A stretch of DNA of 64,000 nt from Octopus vulgaris (GCA_951406725.2 OX597828.1:28334001-28398000); one strand, 5' to 3'; counted from the first letter of the stretch, positions 25,804-38,489 are shown. Made by a program: numbers and translations. Notes: a model not told the origin generated them from the letters alone.

Positions 25804-26162
25804 GCAGAATTTAGGTCAGTTGAAATAGGTTTGTCACATATTTCAACTGCTAAAAGTCAAATACACTGCATGGAAAAATAAACTCTCTTATGGTAAAAAA
25901 GGTGTTGACTAAATTATATACAAACCTACAGCTTCATTAAGTTCGTTCAGAGTTGCCTCTCTTGGGTACATCTCATTGACAAGACTCAAAAAACTCAAAA
26001 CATTGATGTCAGAGATCCTAATAGATGATGACACTAAACGAAGCAGGTGTTTTCACACCTTTTTACCATAAGAGAGATTTTTTCTCCATGGTAACCGCAG
26101 TGCATTTGCCTTTTAGCAGTTGAAACATGTGACAAACATATTTCAATGAGCCTAAATTCTGC
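25804..26162. repeat. Fold-back inverted repeat, ~105 bp arms, ~140 bp spacer
   Basis: 25804-25908 (GCAGAATTTAGG...CTCTCTTATGGTAAAAAAGGTGT) is the reverse complement of 26052-26162. Confidence 0.85.
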
Positions 26163-26199
26163 ATATATATATATATAAGAGACCAAAGTGTACGTATGC

Positions 26200-26960
26200 C
26201 ACTATATGTTTTTATATATAAAAAATACAGAAATGGGACAAGAATGCAAAGCATCAAGACAGTTAGGTGATACAAAAAGGGACAACAAAACATCTAGATA
26301 GACGATACAAAGAAAACAAGGACAGGTCATTCGGAGTTTTCTATCCTCAGTTGAGTTCCAGATTATCTTTGCAATTTCAGCTGGTTATACTTGAGATTGC
26401 TCCAATCTGGCCAGCCCCAAGGAAAAACTAAGCTAAGAGCATTAGATTCCTTGGAAGAAAGCAGCAAATGTATATGAAAACAATGACGGAAAAAAACGGA
26501 GAAATGTTACACAAATACAAACGCAAATAACAGGACATAAGAACAAGTGTCTTTTGACTAAGGACGAATTAAAATAAGCTGGGGTGTGTGGAAGTAAAGC
26601 CTTATGGCAAGGACATAAGATTTGACAGGCTCAGGAAGGAATATAGATGTTGCAAGGATGGTAGTGGAACCAAGAAAGAAAGGTCAGGCCTGGCTGAACA
26701 CCGGTCACATGGTGGGGAGAAGAGAGAGAGGTGGAAGCAGAGGGATAGAAGTATTAAGGAGGGGCAAAAAAAAAACAATGAAAGAGACACAGTGAAGTGA
26801 AAGAGGAGGGAAAGTGAGCATGAAGAGAAGGCCAGGAAATGGGAGAGAGGGGGAACTGAAAGAACGAAGAGTGGAATGAATGAAGTGTGAAAGGGCTGAT
26901 TGAAAGAAGGAAAGAATGAAAGAATAGAAAGATAGAGTTGTACAAAATTTAGATATATAT
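26200..26960 (-). mobile_element. Unclassified repeat, possibly PLE-derived, flanked by 29-bp direct repeats
   Basis: ATATATAAGAGACCAAAGTGTACGTATGC at 26171-26199 and 26971-26999; a diverged inverted paralog of 26232-26378 lies at 27074-27177. Confidence 0.5.
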
Positions 26961-27177
26961 ATATATACTTATATATAAGAGACCAAAGTGTACGTATGCT
27001 GCTATATATATATATATATATACTTGGAAATGGATGTGTTACATTCAGTTAAACAATAAATAATATATAACAGGAAATTGCGAGGATGATCCAGTTCTTG
27101 ACTGAAGATTAGAGGCTTCGAATGACCCGTCCGTTTTTTGTATCATCTATTTGAATGTTTTGCTTTCTTGTCCCATT

Positions 27178-27542
27178 GGCGAGGCTGGCAACGGACACGA
27201 ACGGATGGTGCTTTTACGTGCCACCAGCACGGAGGCCAGTCGGGGCGGTGCTGGCAACGGCCACGATCAGATGGTTTGCTTACTTGTCACCGGCACTGGT
27301 ACCACAGCTGCAATTTCCATTGATGTTGATCGACTTCGATTCTGGTTCTGCTTTCTGATATCGGATTTGATTTGGTTTGATTTTGATTTTGATTTTCACT
27401 TGCCTCAACGGGTCTTCACAAGTGGAGTTTTGTGTCCCAAGAGGGTAAGGTATGTAGGCCACAGGTTATGTTCTCACTAGTCTTGCCGGGTCTTCTCACG
27501 CACAGCATACTTCCATAGGTCTCGGTCTCTAGTCATTTCCTT

Positions 27543-27545
<3 letters not shown>
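27178..27545 (-). mobile_element. RTE LINE ORF C-terminus plus proximal 3' UTR
   Basis: Minus strand reads KEMTRDRDLWKYAVREKTRQD*, followed by family B repeat units. Confidence 0.75.
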
Positions 27546-27580
<35 letters not shown>

Positions 27581-27582
<2 letters not shown>

Positions 27583-27790
27583 GATACATGACATCACCAA
27601 CAGTGCAAATAACATGAAATACATAAACAAACGAGTTAAATACATAAACAAGAATAAAATGGAAAAGAGGAGAAGGGTCCTTTTTCTGTGTTTACTTGTC
27701 CTGTTTTCCCTTTTTTTCATTGTTTACATATTTGACTTGTTTCTTTATGTATTTCATGTTATTTGCTCCATTGGTGATGTCCTGTACCCA
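27581..27790. repeat. Fold-back inverted repeat, ~90 bp arms, ~27 bp spacer, set in (TA)n
   Basis: 27581-27671 matches the reverse complement of 27699-27790; a single-orientation paralog lies at ~20820-20945. Confidence 0.85.
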
Positions 27791-27847
27791 TATATGCATT
27801 TATCTACATACATATATTATTTACTATTTATTATATATATATATATA

Positions 27848-28410
27848 GGTGCAGGAGTGCCTGTGTGGTAAGTAGCTTGCTTACCAACCACATGGTTCCG
27901 GGTTCAGTCCCACTGCGTGGCATCTTGGGCAAGTGTCTTCTACTATAGCCTCGGGCCGACCAAAGCCCTGTGAGTGGATTTGTTAGACGGAAACTAACAT
28001 ATATGTGTATGTGTACGTTTGTGTGTCTATGTTTGTCCCCCTAGCATTGCTTGACAACCGATGCTGGTGTGTTTACGTCGCCGTCACTTAGCAGTTCGGC
28101 AAAAGAGACCGATAGAAAAAGTACTGGGCTTACAAAGAATAAGTCCCGGGGTCGATTTGCTCGACTAAAGGCGGTGCTCCAGCATGGCCACAGTCAAATG
28201 ACTGAAACAAGTAAGCATTTCTCCTCTTTACTACTTGTCAACTGGTGTTGGTTTCTTTCAGTTCTTGTAACTTAGCAGTTCAGCTAAGAGGCTGATTGAA
28301 TAAAAAAAAAAAACAAGCTTAAAAATAGGTACTGGCTTTGATTTGTTTGTCCAAACCCTTCAAGGCGGTGCTCCAGCATGGCTGCAATCCAATGACTGAA
28401 CCAAGAAAAA
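27848..28410 (+). mobile_element. SINE family A plus an older 3' half
   Basis: Matches 6022-6427. Confidence 0.85.
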
Positions 28411-28779
28411 AACAGAACTTAGTTTCTACAGATAACTTGAACACACAAGCCTACATCTTTTCCCATTAAGATTCTGCAAATTAACAACTCCGCTTGTATG
28501 CTGGGGATGCTCATTTACAACCATCACAGAATGCTTGTATGTATACATATGTGTATATATGACAGACTTATGTCACTTTCTTAATACATGCACACACACA
28601 CACATACACACACATAGTGTGTTGCGTAGAAGCAATGCCAATCACCAGAATTTCTGACTCAAGTCAAATATAATAATGAATTATTCCAAACCGTCGTTAG
28701 AGTATCTGCATAATTGGAGTCTGGACCAGATAGAGTCAAATAAGTTATAATAATGAAGTCTAACGAAATTCACATTTAA

Positions 28780-29312
28780 CCCTTTCGATACTGACCCGGC
28801 TGAAACCAGCTCTGGCTCTGTAGTACCAATGTCTTGTTTTCATAAGTTCTGAATTAAAATCTTCCACCAAACCTTAGTCACAATTTATGTTCCTAACACT
28901 AACTTAATAATCATCATCATCATCGTTTAGTGTCCGCTTTCCATGCTGTCATGGGTTGGACGGTTCAATTGGGGTCTGGGAAACCAGAAGGCTGCACCAG
29001 GCCCAGTCTGATCTGGCAATGTTTCTACGGCTGGATGCCCTTCCTATCGCCAACCACTCCATGAGTGTAGTGGGTGCTTTTTACGTGCCACCGGCACAGG
29101 TGCCAGACGAGGCTGGCAACGGCCACGATCAGATGGTGCTTTTTACGTGCCACCGGCACAGGTGCCAGACGAGGCTGGCAACGGCCACGATCGGATGGTG
29201 CTTTTTACGTGCCACCGGCACAGGTGCCAGTTATTTTACTAAATTCTTTGTTATATTTTAAACAATTGTAAGAAACACAGAGCATCTCCAAATGAATATG
29301 GTAACAAAAGGG
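28780..29312. mobile_element. piggyBac-like MITE with TTAA TSD, interrupted by an RTE 3' fragment (28910-29230, minus strand)
   Basis: TTAA-CCCTTTCGATAC ... GTAACAAAAGGG-TTAA; the insert carries 62-bp tandem units at 29081, 29143 and 29205. Confidence 0.8.
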
Positions 29313-29439
29313 TTAAACTTAACCGGATGTGTATAATGTTTGTAACACCAAATAACTACACTCCCCTTGGGTGAATGAACATTAAGCATATACAGTAAAG
29401 TTTAGACATACATTTGACTTGACTTCAATGTATCAGTTC

Positions 29440-29619
29440 TGCATAAAAGCACACTGTACACCCTGTAAAACGATTGGTGTTAGGAAGAGAATCCAACCTT
29501 AGAAGCCATGTCAAAGCAGACATGAAGCCTGGGCAGGTCTTCAGCCTTGCCAGCTCCTGTCAAACTGGCCGACCCATACCTGCATAGAAAACGGACATTA
29601 AATGATAATCATGTTGATG

Positions 29620-29658
<39 letters not shown>

Positions 29659-29821
29659 GGCATGTAAAAAGCACCCACTACACTCACGGAGTGGTTGGCG
29701 TTAGGAAGGGCATCCAGCCGTAGAAACACTGCCAGATCAGACTGGGCCTGATGCAGCCTTCTGGCTTCACAGACCCCAGTTGAACCGTCCAACCAATGCT
29801 AGCATGGAAAGCGGACGCTAA

Positions 29822-29856
<35 letters not shown>

Positions 29857-30208
29857 AGGAGTGGCTGTGTGGTAAATAGCCTGCTTACCAACCACATGGT
29901 TCTGGGTTCAGTCCCACTGCATGGCACCTTGGGCAAGTGTCTTCTACTATAGCCTCGTCCCGACCAAAGCCTTCTGAATCAATTTAGAAGACGGAAACTG
30001 AAAGAAGTTCAAATGTGTGTGTTTGTCCCCACACCATTGCTTGACAATCAATGCTGGTGTGTTTACATCACTGTAACTTAGCAGTTCGGCAGAAGAGACT
30101 AATAGACTAAGTACTTGGCTTACAAAGAATAGACCATGGGGTTGATTTGTTTGACTAAAAGCAGTGCTCCAGCATGGACACAGTCAAATGACTGCAACAA
30201 ATAAAAGA
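29440..30208 (+). mobile_element. Cluster of two RTE 3' fragments followed by SINE family A (29857-30208)
   Basis: Similarity to other copies in the window. Confidence 0.8.
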
Positions 30209-30442
30209 ATATATATATATATTTATACATGCACACACACACACATATATAGAGAGAGAGAGAGAGAGAGTGAGGTGTTGCAAAAGCTACAGTGATATTC
30301 CAAAATATCATACAGAAGTTTAGCAGCTGATAAAATGTAAATATCCTGATCCATTTAATATTTGGCTAATTAATATATATAAAAATACATTATTGATTAA
30401 TTTGAATAAACTAAGCAAACCTTCAGATTTCAAAAATCTCCT

Positions 30443-30560
30443 CTGATGAAACAGTTTATTTTTTATCACTCAAATAAATTATTATATAATTTTTATATAT
30501 TAATTATGTAATAAGAATATGGATGGCAATAATTGCATTCTAACAGTTGAAACAGCTGTA
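30443..30560 (+). ncRNA. Decayed hammerhead-like motif with very long AT-rich stem II
   Basis: CTGATGA-AACAGTT...TAACAGTT-GAAA-CAGCTG-TA; stem I pairs poorly. Confidence 0.4.
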
Positions 30561-30797
30561 GAATTGAAGAATGACATTTTGAAACTTTTTGTTCAGAATG
30601 TTTATTTTATTTGTTTGTCTGTGAATCCATTCTTAGAATAAAATGCATTGCAGCTTGAAAGTCATTTTAAAATTTGATATTCTGAACTTGAATAGTTATA
30701 TCTTTAAACTACATAAGCACTAATTCATATTTGTGTGTGTGTGTGTGTTTATGTGTATGCATATTTACATATCTGTATATGTGTATGTGTGTGCGTA

Positions 30798-30846
<49 letters not shown>

Positions 30847-31019
30847 AGGTTTGGAGATGATGTACAGGCATTTTATATTAGAAGAAATGAGGTACTCAGA
30901 AAATCGGATGGTTTATATTTACAGATATTTATTTGTATATTACAATTTTTATACATCATATAACTTAGATCATGTATTAGCGCTTTCTCCCATTCTAGTG
31001 GGGGTATATATATATATAT

Positions 31020-31493
31020 GGCATTAGGAAGGGTATCCAACCATAGAAACCATGCTAAAACAGACAATTGGAACCTGGTGCAGCTCTTCAGCCTTGCCAG
31101 CTCCTGTCAATCTGTCCAACCCATGCCAGCATGGAAAATGGACATTAAAATGATGATGATGATGATGATGATATATAAAAAAATATAAATATATAATCTA
31201 TATATAACCTATATATAGTCCATATATAATCAATATATAATCTAAAATCAACCCTGTATTGATATTTTAGATCGGAAATCCACCTGCATTAGGAAGGGTT
31301 GTAGAAACCATTGAGGACATGAAACAATTGTAGTGGCGGTTTTTACTTTGAAATTCTTCCATCCTCTAGATCTGATAAAATGTTTGAAAAATTAAAATTA
31401 GAAATCCATATTTCTTGCAACTGAAGATAGCACTGTATTCAAACTGATGTAATGCTTGCATTACTCAATCAAATAGTGAATTTTTGTCTCTAA

Positions 31494-31538
<45 letters not shown>

Positions 31539-31930
31539 TAGGGAAGGGTATCCAAACCATAGAAACCATGCTGAAATAGACAATTGGAACCTAGTGCAGC
31601 TCTCCAGCCTTGCCAGCTCCTGTCAATCTGTCCAACCCATGCCAGCATGGAAAATGGATATTAAACGATGATGATGTTGATATATATATATATATATACA
31701 CACATATATATCTTGCTGCAATAGTGGTAACATGAAATTCTTCCATCCTCTAGATCTGATAAAATGTTTGAGAAAAATTCTGTTAATATATCTTGTCTGT
31801 TAGAAATCCATATTTAGTGCAACTGAAGATAGCACTGTATTTAAACTGATGTAATGCTTGCATTGCCTCAGTCAAATGGAGCCACCTGAAACGGTCGTAT
31901 TGCATTAATACTTGACATCCTGTTACTTAT
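31020..31930 (+). repeat. Local duplication of an RTE 3' fragment plus PLE-like 3' end
   Basis: 31020-31172 resembles 31533-31682, and 31349-31474 resembles 31734-31878. Confidence 0.85.
31814..31908 (+). ncRNA. Type I hammerhead ribozyme candidate with canonical core
   Basis: Stem I TTAGTGCAA/TTGCATTAA (9 bp); CTGAAGA at 31823-31829; 58-nt imperfect stem II hairpin; GAAA at 31888-31891; stem III CGGTCG; GUA site ending at 31899. Confidence 0.65.
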
Positions 31931-32565
31931 TTTTATATTTATAAAGAGAGAGAGGAGGAGTGTGTGTGTGTGTGTCTAATGTTGCTGCCTCCTTGTTTTG
32001 ACATCATGTAATAGATGTAAATGGGTGTCACCATTATTCAGGCGGTGTCTTTCATTTCGGATCTTCCATGGATTGCCTGCAATTAGGTGAGGATTGGCAA
32101 CAGGAAAGGCATCCAGCTGTAGAAAAATCTGCCTCACCAAAATTCCATGGAAACAGATAACTACATGTTAAACTGATGACGATGATGATGATGATGGTAT
32201 GTATTGATGAAGCTGCAAAGATCAATGAAAGGTCTTTTACAATAAACAGTTCATTGATTGTTTAACAAAAATATTGAACTAAGGATTGATTGATTAGTTG
32301 GTTAGATATTTAATGATTGCCTAACAATACAGAAAGGATATTGAACCAGTGCATGTGTTTAATATTATAAATATATATACATTTATTTATATATGTATAT
32401 ATGTATGTCATCATCATCATGTGTGTGTGTGTGTCTAGATATATATACACACACACACACACACACATATATATACTATATTGTATCTGGAGAGAGTCAT
32501 TCTCTTTTAGCGCTTTATTACTTAACACACTCACTGGTGTCAATTTTCACTCATTTACTTATGTG

Positions 32566-32606
<41 letters not shown>

Positions 32607-32634
32607 TATATAAATTATGTCCATGCTGATCGTT

Positions 32635-32956
32635 TAAATTGGATGGGACTTGTGGAAGAGGAAGACCTGGGAAGACATGGGTCAAAGTATTGAAGGCTGA
32701 TCTCAAGACCCTGAGCCTCATAAAAGTAATGACTAAAGATTAAGATATTTGGTGCCTTGCTGCAGTCAAGAATTCTCTTCTGCCACAGCAGAATTGACGT
32801 CAGTGCTGGTGCTACATAAAAATCACTGGTGATGATAACACTTCAAAAGCACCCAGCAAACTCTGTGGAGTGACTGGTGTTAGGAAGGGCATCCAGCTGT
32901 AGAAACCATGCCAGTGCAAGCATGGAAAATGGACATTAAATGATTATGATTATGAT
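32635..32956 (+). mobile_element. RTE LINE 3' end: ORF C-terminus continuous with the family B UTR
   Basis: Reads DGTCGRGRPGKTWVKVLKADLKTLSLIKVMTKD*DIW, then GTTAGGAAGGGCATCCAGCTGTAGAAAC...CATTAAATGATTATGAT. Confidence 0.8.
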
Positions 32957-33179
32957 ATGTCTATATCATTTTTTAAAACATTTTGGTGGAGTTACATTTA
33001 GTAACTCCTACTAAATGTGTTGTTGAGTGCCTCTTTTTTTATCTGTTCACTCAGCCATATATACATATATATATATATATTCAAATATGTGTGTGTGCGT
33101 GGTTATATATTTATCAGTATGTATGTATGCATGTATGAATATGTATATGTGTCTAAATGTATATATATTATATTCATAC

Positions 33180-33340
33180 TTCAACATCCTCGACCTGCAC
33201 TGACCATCCCATGCAAGTTCTGCCCATGTCTCTTTCACCATTGGCTGGGACTCCAAAGTCACTTTCAGCACAAACATCAGCCAAGGAGCCTAGATGGAAA
33301 CTGACAAACCCAATGCTCGGATACAAGCTGGAGCCAACAA
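33180..33340 (+). mobile_element. Probable RTE/BovB-like LINE 3' end with C-terminal C2H2 finger
   Basis: Reads IPCKFCPCLFHHWLGLQSHFQHKH just before a stop, isolated between microsatellites. Confidence 0.45.
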
Positions 33341-33574
33341 TACATGCATATATATATTTCTATACATCATGTGTAAATAATATATACATAATATATGTGT
33401 GTGTGTGTGTGTGTGTGAATATAAGTGTAAGCAATTTTACATTAAAAGACAAGACAAAATCTGCATTTATGTTTGACTGTAAGACTGTTTTACACAGCTT
33501 TCTATGTTGTAGGTCCACATAAATTGAAGTGAACTTAACCAAATTTATACTCACATGGATGTATATCTTTTATT

Positions 33575-33955
33575 GTATTTGTTTCAGTCATTAGGCTGTA
33601 GCCAGGTTGAGGTACCACACTGGACGATCGGCAGCCAAATTAATCAACCACAGTACCCTTTTTTGTTTCCTTGTTAAGCCTACTGGTCTTTCTATTGGCC
33701 TCTTTTGCCAAACCATTAAGTCATGATATGTAATCAGACCAACACCAGTTCTCAAGCAGTAAGGAGGACACATGCACACACATGCCTGTACAACAGGCTT
33801 CTTTCAGTTTCCCTTGACCAAATCCACTTACAAGTTTATGGTCAGCCCAAGACAATAGTAGAAGGACACTTGCCCAGAATGATACACAGTAGAACTGAAC
33901 TCAACTCCATGTGGTTAGGAAGCAGACTTCTTAGTACACAGCCATACCTACACCT
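33575..33955 (-). mobile_element. SINE family A, diverged
   Basis: Reverse-complement match to family A. Confidence 0.75.
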
Positions 33956-34093
33956 ATATCTGTATGTATGTATGTGTGCATATATATGTGTGTATATATA
34001 TGTGTGTGTGTGTGTATATGTGTGCATGTTTATATGTATACATACATATGCATACATACACACATATATGTATAAATATACATGCACACACAT

Positions 34094-34133
<40 letters not shown>

Positions 34134-35229
34134 TACACACACATATATATATACATACACACACACATATACACACACACACACATTTGCTTTCCACCAA
34201 CACTGCTAAAACGTTTTATTGATAGATACATATTTATATTTCTTGCCGATAGAAAAAGAAATCTATCCATTGTGGAAATAGATATTTTTCACTCGATTTT
34301 CTGTTCATTTGAATTTGTTCAATATTTTCAATGGTGAGGAGATATTTAATCTGTAGCTTAACAGGTTCATATAGTAGCATCTCCTTCTTAAGACACGCTC
34401 ATGTTTTTAAACTTCCCATGCAGTAGTGCAGAGTCCCCCATTGCTGAAAAAAAAAATCTATATGTTTTAATCAGGGAATATTTGATTTTTACATATCATT
34501 ATTAGGTGAGTATTATAAAATTTGCAGTTAAAATTGGCTGCAATAATAATATTATATTCCTTTGTCTGTGAGTTTTATGATTACTCTTGTGAATTTCAAG
34601 TCACTGGTTATTTTGGTATGAAAGTTATATTTATATATATGTGTGTTTGTGTGAATGTATAAGATTTTCAAAAGTATTCTCAAAGTGTTTGTGTGTGTGT
34701 GTCTATTGTAAGGGTGTGTGTCTCTATGAGTGTGTCCATGTATACTTGCATCTAGACACAATGCAGCAACATGACTGCAGATGTATAATGTGTGTGAGTG
34801 TGTGAGTAACAGAGAGTGTTGGGGTTTGAAAGATAGAGGCAGTGTGTGTTTATTGTGCAACGTATAGCCTTAAAAAACAAACGACTCAGTGTGTGTGTGT
34901 GTGTGTCCACTTAAATATGTGCATGTATGTAGAGACATATGTTACAGTAGACATCTATGAAGTTATATCTGCTTATGGATGTATGTAGAGATACACAAAC
35001 AAACATACACAGATGTGTGCATATATTTGATGCATAAGTTTCTTGTATATACAAACTCACATATATATATATATATATATGTGCAGACAGAGAGGCACGT
35101 CTTAGTTTGTAAGTTATTCTAGACTTATAACATGTATGCATTCACACAGACACGTGTGAATGTGTACATCATCATCATCTCACCTTTACACATTTGGAGA
35201 GTTTAAGATTTTGTTTACACACGTGTACA

Positions 35230-35271
<42 letters not shown>

Positions 35272-35505
35272 ACACGCACGCATGCATATATATATATATA
35301 AATATATATATTAAGTATACCTATAAACATACATATATGCTAATATATACATATATATTTAAGTTTATATACATATAACATAGATGTATGTATACATTTA
35401 CATATATTTGTATATATATACACACACACGCATAGACACAATTATGTGTGTATGTGTATATATGTGTGTGTATGGACATGTGTATATATTATAATGTGTG
35501 TGTGA

Positions 35506-35538
<33 letters not shown>

Positions 35539-35600
35539 TATAAATATATATGAATATGTATATATACATATTTATAAATCTCTCTCTCTTTCTCTTTATG

Positions 35601-35639
<39 letters not shown>

Positions 35640-36109
35640 GCATAGCTATAGAGAGAGATTGACAGACAGACAGATACATGTATGCTCTCATCAGAGACAC
35701 AGTTTCTAATCTCAGTCGAAGAATTTCCTTAACATATTTGCCACAGTGTTGCTCTGAAAAGGAAATGATGAACCCAAGTTTTTATTTTTGGCATTTCCTT
35801 ACACCTGGGAATCCTTCATTACATGGGGAGGATTAACAGCAGGTACTTTCATCCAGTAAACAAACACATTGTAATCCATTAAGAGATATTAATCTTAAAA
35901 ACATTGTATGCTTAGACATATATATGTACAGACATATGTATAAGTGCATGAAAACACACACATATATATACGTGTGTGTGTATATAAAGACAGGCATATA
36001 CATGTTTATATATATAATGTGTATGTATATGTACACACATGCATATATGTATATGCACATGCAAACAATAATATATAAACACAAATGAATATAAATATAT
36101 TTATATAAG

Positions 36110-36141
<32 letters not shown>

Positions 36142-36543
36142 TATGCAGATATACATACTTATGTTTATGAGTGTGTGTTTATAGCTCTGTCACATGAATA
36201 TACATATATATCTGCTTGTTTATGAATACATGCATATACATACATGTATGGAAGGGCAGGAATGTATATATTGGCTTTGATTTATCTAGTTATGTAACTA
36301 GTGTATGTATATATATATATATATACATACAGATAAATGAATATGCTATATACATGTGTTTTTATATAGATATAAATATATATGTCATATACATGTGTTT
36401 ATATATATATATATATACACACATATATACAGACACATACATACATACATATACCCATATATGTGTGTGTGTATATATATATATATATATTTATATACAT
36501 ATGCATATACATATATATGCATATATACATATCTTATTGAATG

Positions 36544-36585
<42 letters not shown>

Positions 36586-36716
36586 TGTGTGTGTGTTTGT
36601 GTGTATGTTTATATCTGTGTATCTAATTGTTTATAAATATATATTTGCATTACAAATGCCTTTGTGTGTGTGTTTGTGTGTGCATTCATGTATACATATA
36701 TACATACAAACATGTG

Positions 36717-36753
<37 letters not shown>

Positions 36754-37299
36754 AGATACATATGCACGTACACACACATATATCCATATACAAGATATTA
36801 GATAATTTCTTGTAAATATCCATATATGTATATATATATATACATCTGATCATTAACATTATCATCATATATGTTTGTGTATATATATATATATATATGT
36901 GTGTAGCTGTGTGTGCCTGTGTGTATATATATGTGTATACACATACACACTTATATTTGTGTGTGGTTTTCATGCTTAATTGTTGGCATGTCAAATAGAA
37001 TTCCTTGTGATATGTTTATTCTCGTCTTTGCAATATTCATAATTCAATCTCAATCAAGTTCAACTTGATCACTCAAATCTTTGGGTTTTGATAAATTAAT
37101 TATTCTCTCCATCCGTAGCTTAACTTTTTCCTGCCTCTCAATTTGACCATCTCTCTTTCTCTTTATGTCTCTCTCTTTCTCACAATTCTCTAAATTTGTT
37201 AGGTTATGCTGGGTAAATAGTCCAGGGGTACCACTCGCCGCATCATCTTCTCCTGGAAATATGAAGTTTGGTTGACTGATAGAACCATATTCTGGTGGG

Positions 37300-37330
<31 letters not shown>

Positions 37331-37549
37331 TTATGTGTGCATTTCATTCCGATATAACAATCATGTTCCATGCAGGCATGGGATGAATACATGTGTGTGT
37401 GTGTGTGTTTGTGTGTAAATAAAAGTTGTCAAAAGTGTAGCTGTGTTTGGCCGATGTCTCATGAGAGACTGGGTGAGTTTTTTTCTTGTTTGCCCATCGT
37501 CTTTTATCTGCCCACTTTGCCTGATTTTTGTCGTTGTAAATATACATAC

Positions 37550-37591
<42 letters not shown>

Positions 37592-37867
37592 GTATATATG
37601 CAATATACACACAGACATGCATATATATATATATATGTGTGTGTGTTTGTATGTATACTTACTTCTTTACACACACACCATAGTATTATGCATTTGGTAG
37701 ACAAAACAGGGTATGTACAACTCAATACAAGAGTAGATGTAAATAATAATTTTAATCATTGTTTGATAAGTGTCATGCATGAAACTCTTGGCTTTTGAGT
37801 CACATTTCATTTCCTATTGTTTAAATCTAATGAAACAATAATAATTATTATTATTATAATTATAATG

Positions 37868-38152
37868 TGAAAGCCTAGTGGTTAAGGTGTTGCACTCATG
37901 ATTGCTAGCTTGTTGGTTCAATTCCTGAACCAGGCAGTGCATTGTGTTCTTGAGCAAAACACTTCATTTCATGTTGCACCATTCCACTCCACTGCAAATG
38001 TGTATCCCTGTAGCAGAAAAGTTTTCTGATTGGGGGGAAATATTGGCTTGTTTACCTAGTCAGCAGGGTGGCATCATTCAAAGGATGAAACAATGCAAAG
38101 AGCATTGTGACCAGTGATGTATAACAATGTCTGATAATCTGGTCAACACCAT
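37868..38152 (+). mobile_element. Diverged tRNA-derived SINE (D/E-type head)
   Basis: GCCTAGTGGTTAAGGTGTTGCACTCATGA...GGTTCAATTCC...GTGTTCTTGAGCAAAACACTTCATTTCA. Confidence 0.65.
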
Positions 38153-38154
38153 GA

Positions 38155-38435
38155 TAATTATGATAATATATATAATAATAATAATAGTGATTATTATTAT
38201 TATTATTATTATTATGTATTGTCAAAAAATGCACAGCTTCTAATGCTGGAGATGTACCACGGTGCCAGCTGTTCACTACCAGAGAACTAAGATAACACCC
38301 TTTATTTTTTGAGCACCATTCGGAGTATTTGAGCAGTTCCAAGCATTGCTGTTTTCTGCAAGTGCTCCACCCTTATTGCAGCCCCTCTTTGTTCCATGTA
38401 CTTCTCAAGATTTTTACTCACTGTTCCCAGGGCTC
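38155..38435 (-). mobile_element. R4/Dong-type LINE extreme 3' end with (TAA)n tail
   Basis: Minus strand reads ALGTVSKNLEKYMEQ..AAIRVEHLQKTAMLGTAQILRMVL. Confidence 0.75.
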
Positions 38436-38489
38436 TGACAATTATTGCTACTACTACTGCCTTTTTCATCGACCACAACTACCTAACCT

